Shown here piece by piece: positions 10,654-19,476 of a stretch of 64,000 nt of DNA. Positions within the stretch are counted from its first letter, which is position 1. Each line of letters opens with the position of its first letter. A program made the translations under genes and the position numbers. The DNA is from Candidatus Bipolaricaulia bacterium. GTDB lineage: Bacteria > Bipolaricaulota > Bipolaricaulia > RBG-16-55-9. The DNA lies in assembly GCA_042219045.1 (NCBI GenBank), contig JBDGQO010000049.1, positions 24,080 through 88,079 of the forward strand, given 5' to 3'. The notes beneath the pieces were generated by a model. The model was not told the DNA's origin and ran no database searches. It worked only from the letters and a program-made list of their open reading frames with translations.

Positions 10654-11082
10654 ATGCGCCCCACAACCTGGACGCTCACGCTCATGCTGGTGCTCGGGCT
10701 CGTCGTCAGCTCGACGGCCTCGCTCTGTTGGTTCCACGATTCGACGGGGATGCCGACGGCCAACCCACCGACCGAAGGTCAGCCCGCCCACGATCACGCG
10801 CACACGCACCCCCATGCATCAGCCAACCACCACGATCCAGCGAAGACCTCTGAAGCGACGAAGCAACCGAAAGTGCCCGAAGACCTCATCTGCCACCACA
10901 ACCAGCCGCACCCCGACGTCGCGACGACCGTGGAACTGCCGACCTGCCAGCTGATGGCTGATCTCGACGATGAGCGGGATCCCACGTTGAACGCCGTCTC
11001 CGCCATCCGGCACCTCGACCAAAGTGCACGGTCGCCGTTAGAAATCTCCCCGCCTGACCGGCCTCCCGCCCATTCCACTTGA
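10654..11082 (+). CDS. Secreted His/Cys-rich small protein with Pro-rich C-terminus (possible regulatory leader ORF)
   Basis: Signal-like N-terminus, HDHAHTHPH, ICHH, ends SPPDRPPAHST. Confidence 0.6.
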   Translation: MRPTTWTLTLMLVLGLVVSSTASLCWFHDSTGMPTANPPTEGQPAHDHAHTHPHASANHHDPAKTSEATKQPKVPEDLICHHNQPHPDVATTVELPTCQLMADLDDERDPTLNAVSAIRHLDQSARSPLEISPPDRPPAHST

Positions 11083-11167
11083 CCCATCCGATGCCGCGTA
11101 ACCCGAGCTACGCTTAGCATCCGAGAACGCCGCGAAGCCATTCGACCGAGAAAGGAGTCGAGCAATC

Positions 11168-11728
11168 ATGAAACGCCGCTTGATCGTCATGTCGGCAGTG
11201 ATAGCCGTTAGCCTGATGGCCGCGTTCGCGTTGGGGGTGAGCCCGTTCACCTCTCCGGAGACCGAGGCCCAAGTCGATGAGCCCCGCACCACCCAGAGGA
11301 TGCAGTCGGTCGGTTCGACGACGTGGGAGGGCATGCGCATCAGCGTGGCTCGGACGGAGCCGTCCCGGTTCATGATCTTTCAGGGCCGGGACAACCGGCG
11401 CGTGGTCGAACCGAAGCCCGAGGACAGCGTCCACCTCATGGCCGTGCTGGCCGACGCGAAGACGGGCGAGCGCATTCCCTATTCGACGGTCTGGTTCACC
11501 ATCAAGGACCAAGACGGCAACGTCGTCTTCGACGATCGGACTTGGCCCATGCTCTCGCAGAACATGGGCACGCACTATGGCGTCAACGTCGGCTTCCCCG
11601 AGCCGGGCACCTACAACGTTGAGGTCCAGATCGGTGCCCCCATCTCCGCTCGTCATCCCGAGTACATGGACCGCTGGCTGGAGCAGTTCACCTTCGAGAC
11701 GAAGATCGAATGGGAAGGCGAACAGTGA
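11168..11728 (+). CDS. P19/FetP-like exported metal-binding protein
   Basis: Signal peptide; VHLM..L.D, IPY, PMLSQNMGTHYG.NV, GTY motifs; AAAGGAG SD. Confidence 0.7.
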   Translation: MKRRLIVMSAVIAVSLMAAFALGVSPFTSPETEAQVDEPRTTQRMQSVGSTTWEGMRISVARTEPSRFMIFQGRDNRRVVEPKPEDSVHLMAVLADAKTGERIPYSTVWFTIKDQDGNVVFDDRTWPMLSQNMGTHYGVNVGFPEPGTYNVEVQIGAPISARHPEYMDRWLEQFTFETKIEWEGEQ

Positions 11729-12945
11729 TGGCATCAATCCATCGCCGACGCTTCCTCCGCGGCGCCGGCCTGACAGTTGGCGGCCTGCTGATCGGCGGGC
11801 CGACGACGCTGATCCGCGCACAGGAGGGGCCCGAGTTGGGCCCCTCTCCGGATCGGCCCGAGCGCCAACACGCTTGGAACGATTTCCTGAGCGTCAACGC
11901 AGACGGCAATCCTGTCATGCCGCGGTTCCATCGGCTCCTGATGTTCGACGTGGACGGCGACGCGACGCCCCGGGCCGTTCGGCGTCTGGAAGCCCAGCTC
12001 CGCGACTGGGAGCGCCGCTATGACTGGTCGTCCGAGGGGCTGATGTTCGTGATCGGTTGGGGGCCCAAGTACTTCGCCGAACGGCTCGGTATGGACGCGC
12101 CCATCCCGCGCCCTCAGGCCCTGAGCAGCTTCGAGACGCCGGATTTCGACGACTACGAGGCCTGCCTCCATTTGGCCAGCGACGACGAGGTGAGGCTCAA
12201 CCAGTTGGAGGCCGAGCTCCAGGAGGGCGATTTCCGAGTCCAGATGGCGCTCCGTCGCCGAGAGACGCGCACGGGCTTCGTCGGCAAGGGCCTGCCGGCC
12301 GAGCGCCAGGACGTGTCCGGGATCCCGTCGGGATGCCCCGTTTCGGGAGATTCGCCGCTTTATATGGGGTTCCGCTCGGGATTCAAGCGGAACCAGGCGA
12401 CCGAGGACGAGGTGACCATCCCGAATGGCCCCTTGGCGGGAGGCACGACCATGCAAGTCAGCTGGCTGCGGCTGCGCCTGGACGGCTGGTACAAGTTGCT
12501 CGACGGAGAGGAGCGCGTCGATCGCATGTTCGCGCCCCCGCTCAGCAAAAACGACGTTGAGGCCTTGAAGCGCGAAGCGTCCACCTTCACGGATCAACTC
12601 GCCCAAACCGCGCGCGAGCAAGGCGTCATCGGCCACCTGCAAGCAGCGGCACAGGCGCGACGGAACGGGCGCCCGCTCATCCTGCGGCGCGACTTCAACA
12701 CGACCGACGACGGCACGGCCGGGCTCCATTTCCTTTCCTTGCAACGCCAGATCGCCGACTTTGTCAAGACCCGTGAGGCGATGAACGCCACCGACATGAT
12801 CTTCCAAAATCCGTCGATCAAGCCGCGCGTCAACAACGGCATCAAGGAGTCGATCTTCGTGCTGCGCCGCGCCAACTACGTCGTGCCGCCACGGTCGCAA
12901 CGGGCGTTCCCCTTGTTGCCAGGCCGAGAGGATGCGATCGAATGA
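11728..12945 (+). CDS. Tat-exported Dyp/EfeB-like heme protein
   Basis: RRRFL Tat motif; GH...ILRRDF...GLHFLSLQ Dyp C-terminal signature; start overlaps upstream stop (TGATG). Confidence 0.7.
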   Translation: MASIHRRRFLRGAGLTVGGLLIGGPTTLIRAQEGPELGPSPDRPERQHAWNDFLSVNADGNPVMPRFHRLLMFDVDGDATPRAVRRLEAQLRDWERRYDWSSEGLMFVIGWGPKYFAERLGMDAPIPRPQALSSFETPDFDDYEACLHLASDDEVRLNQLEAELQEGDFRVQMALRRRETRTGFVGKGLPAERQDVSGIPSGCPVSGDSPLYMGFRSGFKRNQATEDEVTIPNGPLAGGTTMQVSWLRLRLDGWYKLLDGEERVDRMFAPPLSKNDVEALKREASTFTDQLAQTAREQGVIGHLQAAAQARRNGRPLILRRDFNTTDDGTAGLHFLSLQRQIADFVKTREAMNATDMIFQNPSIKPRVNNGIKESIFVLRRANYVVPPRSQRAFPLLPGREDAIE

Positions 12946-13499
12946 GGCGTCTGCAACGTCCATGCTTGGGTGAATGCGTCGTCATGGGCGGCGTGACCCT
13001 AATCATCGGTCTCCTCGTGATCGTCGCTGCGCCCCTGTCGTTGGCGCACGGCGGCGAGGAGGTCTTCTCCGACGAGGTCGGGCCCTACTACGTCGTCGCC
13101 AACAAGTCAGTCGAGCAGTCCCAGGGCAAGCCCCATCTCGAGTACACCGTCTTCCTTCGCGATAAGGAGGAACGCCGGCCAGTTTCTGCCGACCGTGCCT
13201 CGCTCCAGGTCAGCGCAGAAACGCCGGGCGGGTCGGTTGGACCCATCGTCGCCGAGGAGTTCAGCAACCAGTACTACATCTTCGAGCCCATCGATGAGGG
13301 TGGGACGTGGACCATCGACGTCAATATCCAGGGGGAACTCGGCGAGGCCAGTTTCTCGCATGAGCTCCAGTTGCCGCGGCAGGCGTGGTACAGCTTCGTC
13401 ACGGAGGCGTCTCCGCCCGCGCTCGCCGGGGTTGGGGTTGCTGCGTTGACGCTCATCGGTGGCTTCGTCTACTGGCGTGTCGGGCGGACGCGCGCCTGA
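12942..13499 (+). CDS. Exported beta-rich protein with C-terminal membrane anchor
   Basis: Signal ending SLA-HGGEE, GTWTIDV Ig-like strand, C-terminal TM plus basic tail; start may be 12984. Confidence 0.7.
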   Translation: MRRLQRPCLGECVVMGGVTLIIGLLVIVAAPLSLAHGGEEVFSDEVGPYYVVANKSVEQSQGKPHLEYTVFLRDKEERRPVSADRASLQVSAETPGGSVGPIVAEEFSNQYYIFEPIDEGGTWTIDVNIQGELGEASFSHELQLPRQAWYSFVTEASPPALAGVGVAALTLIGGFVYWRVGRTRA

Positions 13500-13530
13500 G
13501 ATGCAAGGATCACGATCCGGTCGGTTGACC

Positions 13531-13623
13531 TACAGACCACCGCACAAGTCGAGTCAACCGACGGTCGCAACGCTGGCCCCGCTGACAGCAACTGACTTGA
13601 CCGGACTTTCGCGGTGATCAGTA
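13531..13623 (+). mobile_element. MITE-like element copy 2
   Basis: TACAGACCACCGCACAAGTCGAGTCAA...TTGACCGGACTTTCGCGGTGATCAGTA. Confidence 0.8.
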
Positions 13624-13643
13624 ATGTCGTCGTGGACACGTCG

Positions 13644-14321
13644 TCAATCGACGACAACCGTCTCCAGCCGGAAGCCATGGCGCCCCCGGCGCATGTGCGC
13701 GCGTCGAGAGATTCCGCCGCGGCTAGCTTCATGACAGTGCCTCAGTAACGCCTTGATCCGCTGAGTTAGGTCCCGATGCTCATCCAGGACCCATGTTTCG
13801 ATTGACGTGTCAACCTCGTCGGTCAGCTCGGCGATCGGATAGCGCACGATGGCCTGGGGGGGTCTAGGCGAACCTTTGAGCTCTCGTGGCCGGTCGCCGG
13901 CCGAAGGCTGCCACACGCAGAGCTTCGAGCACGCCTGGCCCTGACTTGCGAGAAAGATCTGCGTCGACTCCACGTCGTCCAGTTGCGAAACCTCCGTTAA
14001 GATCGGCATGTGTCGTTTAATCAGGCGCTTGGCTTCCCGGTACGTCAGGCCCGGCCTTCCGTGGCCGGTCGTTTCGATGTCGTTCAACACCCGATAGCGA
14101 TCCGTGGCCTCGTCGATCCGCCACCCAACGAGCCGCGCCAGGATGGCGTTGGCATACAAGGCATCGCCGCAAGCGCCCACCGCCAACGCGTCGTTGATCC
14201 GGATCGACTTCACGACGTCGGTATGTGGCGCCAGTGCGGGGTCGCTCGGCCAAGCCAAACAGTCCGTGATCAGGATCGCATCGCCCGCTTGACCGCCGAC
14301 CATCCCCACGATGAGCGTCAT
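13644..14321 (-). CDS. Hypothetical protein with Ntn-hydrolase/proteasome-beta-like N-terminus
   Basis: Starts M-T-LIVG...AILITD, then K and AVGACGD. Confidence 0.5.
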   Translation of the reverse strand: MTLIVGMVGGQAGDAILITDCLAWPSDPALAPHTDVVKSIRINDALAVGACGDALYANAILARLVGWRIDEATDRYRVLNDIETTGHGRPGLTYREAKRLIKRHMPILTEVSQLDDVESTQIFLASQGQACSKLCVWQPSAGDRPRELKGSPRPPQAIVRYPIAELTDEVDTSIETWVLDEHRDLTQRIKALLRHCHEASRGGISRRAHMRRGRHGFRLETVVVD

Positions 14322-14480
14322 GGCGTCTCAACCTAGCAGAGAACCTCCATTGGGCAAACCGTTCAGGTGCCCGATGCGGGAGGGCCCGATTGAAATAAGC
14401 CGTTGCTAATACTAAAATTAGCTTTACCAAAAATCGAGGCTTCGGCTAGCTGACCAGCTCGTCATAGGGAGTGAACGAGG

Positions 14481-15689
14481 TTGAACGAGATCGTCGAAAT
14501 TTTCGTCTTGTCGGTCCGGGACGGCTTCGTCCAGGTCAGCGCGTTCGTCGCCGTAACGGTCTTGCTGTTCAGCTACATCCAGTACCGCACGCACGGCAAG
14601 CTCATGGCCAAGCTGCGGGCCCGGCGACGGATCCAGCCGTTGGTGGGCGCGTTGATGGGGCTGACGCCCGGCTGCGGCGGTGCCATCGTCATGATGCCGC
14701 TCTACGTCCGGGGAACGGTCAGCTTCGGAACGGTCGTGTCGACGTTGGCCGCTACCGCCGGGGACTCCGCGTTCGTCATCCTGGCGCTCGCCCCGAAAGC
14801 CGCGCTCTATGTGTATGCCATGGCGTTTGCTGCCGCGTTGATCTTCGGCTACGCCATCGACGTCTTCGGCCTCGGCGTCGGCCACATGGACAAGGCCGTC
14901 GAGACCTCGGACGACACAGCTCAGCCCGCCTTCGTCTGGAGCGCCAATCCCGCGCACGATTATCAGGGCCCCTCGCCGACTCACTCCCATCCGACGGGCC
15001 CGGATCGCGCTTCCCCGATCCTGACGCCGCTCAGCCAAGCGGTCCACTGGCTCTGGTGGCTGACGGCGTTGTTTGCGCTCTATTTGGGCATCAGCTATCT
15101 CGCCCAAGGCGGGCCCGAGGTGCCGCTCGCGCTGGGCCTGTCGTTTTCGGGAGGGTTCACGATCGTCGGAATTGCCGGCACGACGCTGTCGTTCTATCTC
15201 TACTTCGTCGGGCGCCACTTTATCGGCGAAGGGAAGATCGGCCAAGCGCGGGAGTCGTTTGCCAACTTGACCGACACGCTCCAGCACGCCGCGATGGAGA
15301 CCAGCTTCGTGACCGTCTGGGTCCTGGCGGCGTATCTGATCTACGAATACCCGGTGGCGCTGTTCAATCTCGACATTGCGGCAATGGCTGCGAGCGCAGG
15401 CGTCTTCGCGCCGATCGCGGGCGCAGCCGTTGGGCTCATTCCCGGATGCGGGCCGCAGATCGTCTTGGCCGGTGCCTACGCGCAGGGCGCGATCCCCATC
15501 TCGGCGCTCGCGGCCAATGCGATCAGCCAGGACGGCGATGCGCTCTTTCCCCTGCTGGCCATCGACCGCAAAGCGGCAATTCTGGCGACGATCTACACGG
15601 CGATCCCGGCGCTGGTCGTGGGGCTACTGCTCTACTTCCTTTGGGAACCCGTCCTGGGATTGCCGTCGTTCGGCTTCGGCGCGCTGTGA
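14481..15689 (+). CDS. Putative manganese transporter (10TM heavy-metal transporter family)
   Basis: GLTPGCGGAI, ATAGDSAF, IPGCGPQI, AISQDGDALFPL internal repeat motifs; TTG start. Confidence 0.85.
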   Translation: MNEIVEIFVLSVRDGFVQVSAFVAVTVLLFSYIQYRTHGKLMAKLRARRRIQPLVGALMGLTPGCGGAIVMMPLYVRGTVSFGTVVSTLAATAGDSAFVILALAPKAALYVYAMAFAAALIFGYAIDVFGLGVGHMDKAVETSDDTAQPAFVWSANPAHDYQGPSPTHSHPTGPDRASPILTPLSQAVHWLWWLTALFALYLGISYLAQGGPEVPLALGLSFSGGFTIVGIAGTTLSFYLYFVGRHFIGEGKIGQARESFANLTDTLQHAAMETSFVTVWVLAAYLIYEYPVALFNLDIAAMAASAGVFAPIAGAAVGLIPGCGPQIVLAGAYAQGAIPISALAANAISQDGDALFPLLAIDRKAAILATIYTAIPALVVGLLLYFLWEPVLGLPSFGFGAL

Positions 15690-15773
15690 TCAACCACGAC
15701 GGCTGGCGTTGCCCGAGTGAAGCTAGGGCGGGGCGAAGTCGCGCGAGGGTCGGCCGCGCAAGCGCGGATGAGG

Positions 15774-16685
15774 TCAGTCGCTCGGGGCAGGCGGGGAGGC
15801 CGGTGCCGAGCGCTGCGTCCGACGGTTGACCGCCCAGACGCCCGATGCGACCAGGGCCGTCCCCAGGCCCAAGCGCCAGTCAAGCGGCTCGTTCAGAAAC
15901 GTCACCCCGAGCAGCACGCCGACGATCGGCATGACGTAGGTGACCATGACGGTGCGCGTGGGGCCGGCGCGCTGGATGAGGCCGAAGTAGATGAGATACG
16001 CCACGCAGGATCCCAAGAGCCCGAGCCAGGCGAGCGCGAGCCACGTCAGGGGATTCCGGGGGACGATCACGGGCGATTCGACGGCAGGAACCGAGAGCCA
16101 GAGCGCCGTGTCCGCGACCAGGACGATCATCAATGCCTGAAACATGGGCGCGACGTCGCCCAAGTTGCGCCGAGCGAACACTGAACTGCCCGCGTAACAG
16201 ATCGCGGCCCCGAGCACGGCCAGTTGGCCGACGATGCTCTGGTCGAAACCCGCCGGCCCGACGTCGCGGCTCATCAGGGCGACCACGCCGCCAAAGCCCG
16301 CCATAAGCCCGGCAAACCGCATCCACGTCATGCGCTCATCGTGTAGGATGAAATGGGCAATCAAGAGCGTGAACAGCGGCACCGTGCCGTTCAGAATCGA
16401 CGCAACGCCCGAGTCGATATGGGTTTCACCCCACGAGATCAGCACGAACGGCACCGCGGTGTTGGTGAACCCGAGCACGAGCAGCGTCAGCCAAGTCCGG
16501 CGCTCGCGCGGCATGGGCGGGCGCTTGATCGCCACGATGGCGATGAGCCCGACCGCCCCGAACAACAGTCGGTAGGCGACGAGGGTGACGGGGCCGACTT
16601 CCTGGACGGCGATCTTGATCCAGAGGAACGACGATCCCCAGATGAGCGCGAGCAGGCTGAACAGGAGCCAGTCTTTTGCGTGCAT
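15774..16685 (-). CDS. EamA/DMT-family transporter
   Basis: IWGSSF, two EamA repeats, 10 TM. Confidence 0.9.
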   Translation of the reverse strand: MHAKDWLLFSLLALIWGSSFLWIKIAVQEVGPVTLVAYRLLFGAVGLIAIVAIKRPPMPRERRTWLTLLVLGFTNTAVPFVLISWGETHIDSGVASILNGTVPLFTLLIAHFILHDERMTWMRFAGLMAGFGGVVALMSRDVGPAGFDQSIVGQLAVLGAAICYAGSSVFARRNLGDVAPMFQALMIVLVADTALWLSVPAVESPVIVPRNPLTWLALAWLGLLGSCVAYLIYFGLIQRAGPTRTVMVTYVMPIVGVLLGVTFLNEPLDWRLGLGTALVASGVWAVNRRTQRSAPASPPAPSD

Positions 16686-16771
16686 GGCGGTTTCCTTTGG
16701 GAGGGCTCCCGTGAGGAGGACTCGGAGACCCCGGCCGGAAGCTCCAGTTTAGGCGTTCGGAACGAGGGCGT

Positions 16772-17194
16772 TCAAGTGGGCAAATGATACAGCATCCAGT
16801 AGACGAGCCAGCCCGTGATCGCCACGTAGAGCCAACTGGGAAACGTCCAGCGGGCGATCCGTTTGTGGCGGGCATAGTCGCCGCGGAAGGCGCGACGGAC
16901 CGTGACGATGGCCATGGGTATGATGGCGATGGCCATAATGATATGCGTGATCAGCACAACGTAGTAGACGGCCTCGATCCAGCCCTCGCCCGTGAACAGG
17001 GCGGAGCCGTACAGCGCCCAGCGAATCACGTAGACGATGAGAAAGCCGACGGCCAGCAACGCCGCCGTCAGCATGAAGCGTTTGTGCCAACTGACGCGAC
17101 CGCCCTTGATGAAGCCGAAGCCGACCAATAGACAGACGCCGCTGGTGGCGATGAGCGCCGCGTCGAGAGCGGGAAGCACGGACTCCCAATTCAT
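16772..17194 (-). CDS. DUF420 (CtaM-like) membrane protein
   Basis: HKRFM, LITHI, HKRIARWTFP.WLYVAITG; last gene of the oxidase operon. Confidence 0.85.
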   Translation of the reverse strand: MNWESVLPALDAALIATSGVCLLVGFGFIKGGRVSWHKRFMLTAALLAVGFLIVYVIRWALYGSALFTGEGWIEAVYYVVLITHIIMAIAIIPMAIVTVRRAFRGDYARHKRIARWTFPSWLYVAITGWLVYWMLYHLPT

Positions 17195-17195
17195 A

Positions 17196-18092
17196 TCAGA
17201 ACACGAACAGCGACCCCATGAGCGCGCCCATGTAGGCGATGGAGTAGAAGAAGACGTGGCGGGCCTTGGCATCCACAATGTCGGTCGTCGTCGAATCCGT
17301 CCGCCAGAGGCGCAGCGCCAGGGCGACGAAGCCGCTCCCGAGCATCACCGCGACGAGGCCGTACCCCCAGCCGACGGGGCCAAACGGGATCAACAGCAGC
17401 GATATCGGTAACAGTGCCAGCGTGTAGACCAGGATCTGGCGTTGCGTGATGCGGTTGCCATGGACGACGGGCAGCACCTTGAAGCCGGCGCGCCGGTACT
17501 CGGCCTGTTTGTAGAGCGACAGGGCCCAGAAGTGCGGCGGCTGCCACAGGAACAGAATGGCGAAAAGCGCCAGGGCGCCCGCGTCCAGTTGCCCCGTCAC
17601 CGCGACCCAGCCGATCACGGGCGGAATCGCGCCGGGCACGCCGCCCACGACGGTGCACAAGGGCGAGGTGCGCTTCAGCCATGCCGTGTAGATGCCCACG
17701 TACGAGATCATCCCGACCAGCGCCAGGAGCGCGCTGAGCGGGTTGACGAGCAGGCCCAGCGTCGCCAGCGCCGCGGCGGCCAGGATGCTGCCGAAGACGC
17801 CGGCTTCCGCCGGCCGGAGTCGGCCTGTCGGCAACGGCCGGGTGGCCGTGCGTTCCATCAGCGTGTCCAAGTCGCGGTCGAGAACGTTGTTGAACACCGC
17901 GGCCGAGCTCGTGGCGAGCGCGGTCCCCACGAGCGCGAACGCCAACGTGGCGAACGTGGGCAGCCCGCTGGAGGCGAGCCAGAGGCCGGCCAGCGACGTG
18001 AAGACCATCAGGCCCGTGATACCGGGCTTGGTCAACTCGACGTAGTCGGCGATGACGCGGCGCGCTGATGCCGCGGCGGGAAGGGCCTGCAT
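17196..18092 (-). CDS. ctaB: Protoheme IX farnesyltransferase (heme o synthase)
   Basis: LTKPGI, DRDLD..MERTATRPLP, WQPPHFWAL. Confidence 0.92.
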   Translation of the reverse strand: MQALPAAASARRVIADYVELTKPGITGLMVFTSLAGLWLASSGLPTFATLAFALVGTALATSSAAVFNNVLDRDLDTLMERTATRPLPTGRLRPAEAGVFGSILAAAALATLGLLVNPLSALLALVGMISYVGIYTAWLKRTSPLCTVVGGVPGAIPPVIGWVAVTGQLDAGALALFAILFLWQPPHFWALSLYKQAEYRRAGFKVLPVVHGNRITQRQILVYTLALLPISLLLIPFGPVGWGYGLVAVMLGSGFVALALRLWRTDSTTTDIVDAKARHVFFYSIAYMGALMGSLFVF

Positions 18093-18145
18093 CAGCGCAC
18101 CGCCTTTCTCAATGCGGGCATCGATCCTCTCATCCGACGCGAGCG

Positions 18146-18844
18146 TCAGCTGTCGCCGTCGCCCTTGGGCGTCGACTCGGATAGACTTTTGATGTAGGCG
18201 ATCAACGCCTGCAGGTCCTCTTCGCTGATCTGGGATTTGTCGTAGGGCTGCATGACGTTGGCCGGATACCCTTTGTGGATCTGGTCGTTCGGATTGCGAA
18301 CCGAGTTCTTCACGTATGTCTCGTCGAAGGCGACCGTCTTGCCGCTTTTCAGTGTCACCTCGTTGCCGTAGGCGTTCTTCCAGGTCGGCCCCACCATTTG
18401 GGAACCGTCGGGGCTGTGGCAACCGAGGCAGCCGTTGGTCTGCGCCACCATCTGACCGCGCTTGACAAGGCTCACCTCATCCTCGGACGCCCCGTCGCCC
18501 TGCTGATTGTCCGTCTGCTCGTCCGACGTCTCTCCGGATTGGGCTTGCTCGTCCTCCTGCTTGCCCGTGTCCGTGCCGTCGGCCATGCCGTCCTGTTTCT
18601 GATCCGATGTCGCTTCCTCGTCCTGAGTGTCTGACGCCTCAGACCCCTGTTGCTCTTGGTCGGTCACTTGATCTTGGGCCTGTTGGTTCTGTTTGGAGGC
18701 TGTCTCCTCCTTGCTCTTGTCGACCAGGGGTTTGTCGGCTTCGCCGCCGCAGCCAGCCAGGCCGACGACGAGCCCGAACGACAGGAGCAACGCCAGGGCG
18801 AGTATGGGAACACGGAGCTTCGGCTCGAGCGCTCGAGCGAGCAC
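18146..18844 (-). CDS. Lipoprotein cytochrome c
   Basis: LAGC lipobox, acidic Q/E/D linker, CLGCH, axial Met in NVMQPY. Confidence 0.85.
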   Translation of the reverse strand: MLARALEPKLRVPILALALLLSFGLVVGLAGCGGEADKPLVDKSKEETASKQNQQAQDQVTDQEQQGSEASDTQDEEATSDQKQDGMADGTDTGKQEDEQAQSGETSDEQTDNQQGDGASEDEVSLVKRGQMVAQTNGCLGCHSPDGSQMVGPTWKNAYGNEVTLKSGKTVAFDETYVKNSVRNPNDQIHKGYPANVMQPYDKSQISEEDLQALIAYIKSLSESTPKGDGDS

Positions 18845-19110
18845 TAGTCCCCCTCCTTTCGGTTCGACGTGCCGTTCTGATGGGGGTCATGCGGTTCCGA
18901 TCGTTGCTGTTGGCGGTAGGCTCGGTAGATACGGTAGACGATCAGGCCAATCACCAGATACGGGATCGGCATGATGATGTAGAGTCCCCACGCGGTCGGG
19001 CCGAGCAAGTCGCTCAGCCCTTCGCGCAGCGTGTGGAACGCGCCGGCCGACGGACTCAGGACGACGAGCGTCCAGGTCGTTAATGCCAGAATCCAACTCA
19101 CACGTCGCAT
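18844..19110 (-). CDS. Small membrane protein in the oxidase operon
   Basis: Two hydrophobic segments, AGGAG SD, stop overlaps the next start. Confidence 0.6.
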   Translation of the reverse strand: MRRVSWILALTTWTLVVLSPSAGAFHTLREGLSDLLGPTAWGLYIIMPIPYLVIGLIVYRIYRAYRQQQRSEPHDPHQNGTSNRKEGD

Positions 19111-19125
19111 CGCGGGCTCGTCTCC

Positions 19126-19470
19126 TTACGGGCTCTCGACGAAGATCTCGCGAAGCCCGAAGATGTATTGGCCTTCTGCAGCTAGAATACCGGCCAGCGC
19201 CAGTAGGAGCAACGGTGGCAGCAGAATAGCTAGAATTAAGCTAAGCCGCTCAAATTTGACGTGCATGAAATAGGCCATAATGGTGCCGGCTTTGATCAGA
19301 CTGAACGATGTCGCTAGGAACCGTTTGAGCGCCACGTTCATCTCCGCAATGTCGCTGAAGTAAAGCACCGCGCTCAACACGAACAACAATCCCCAGACTT
19401 TGAGATACGTGTTGATGGGAGGGTGCTTGTGCTCGTCGGCATGCGAAGCCGTTGCTGTCTCTTGAGCCAT
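19126..19470 (-). CDS. Cytochrome c oxidase subunit IV (CoxQ-like)
   Basis: YLKVWGLLFVLS, KAG.I.AYFMH.KFE. Confidence 0.85.
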   Translation of the reverse strand: MAQETATASHADEHKHPPINTYLKVWGLLFVLSAVLYFSDIAEMNVALKRFLATSFSLIKAGTIMAYFMHVKFERLSLILAILLPPLLLLALAGILAAEGQYIFGLREIFVESP

Positions 19471-19476
19471 CGTCAA

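Noticed and set aside
14350..14395. GGCAAACC resembling a c-di-GMP-I riboswitch start
   Set aside because: Lacks the GAAA tetraloop and GCAAAGC elements
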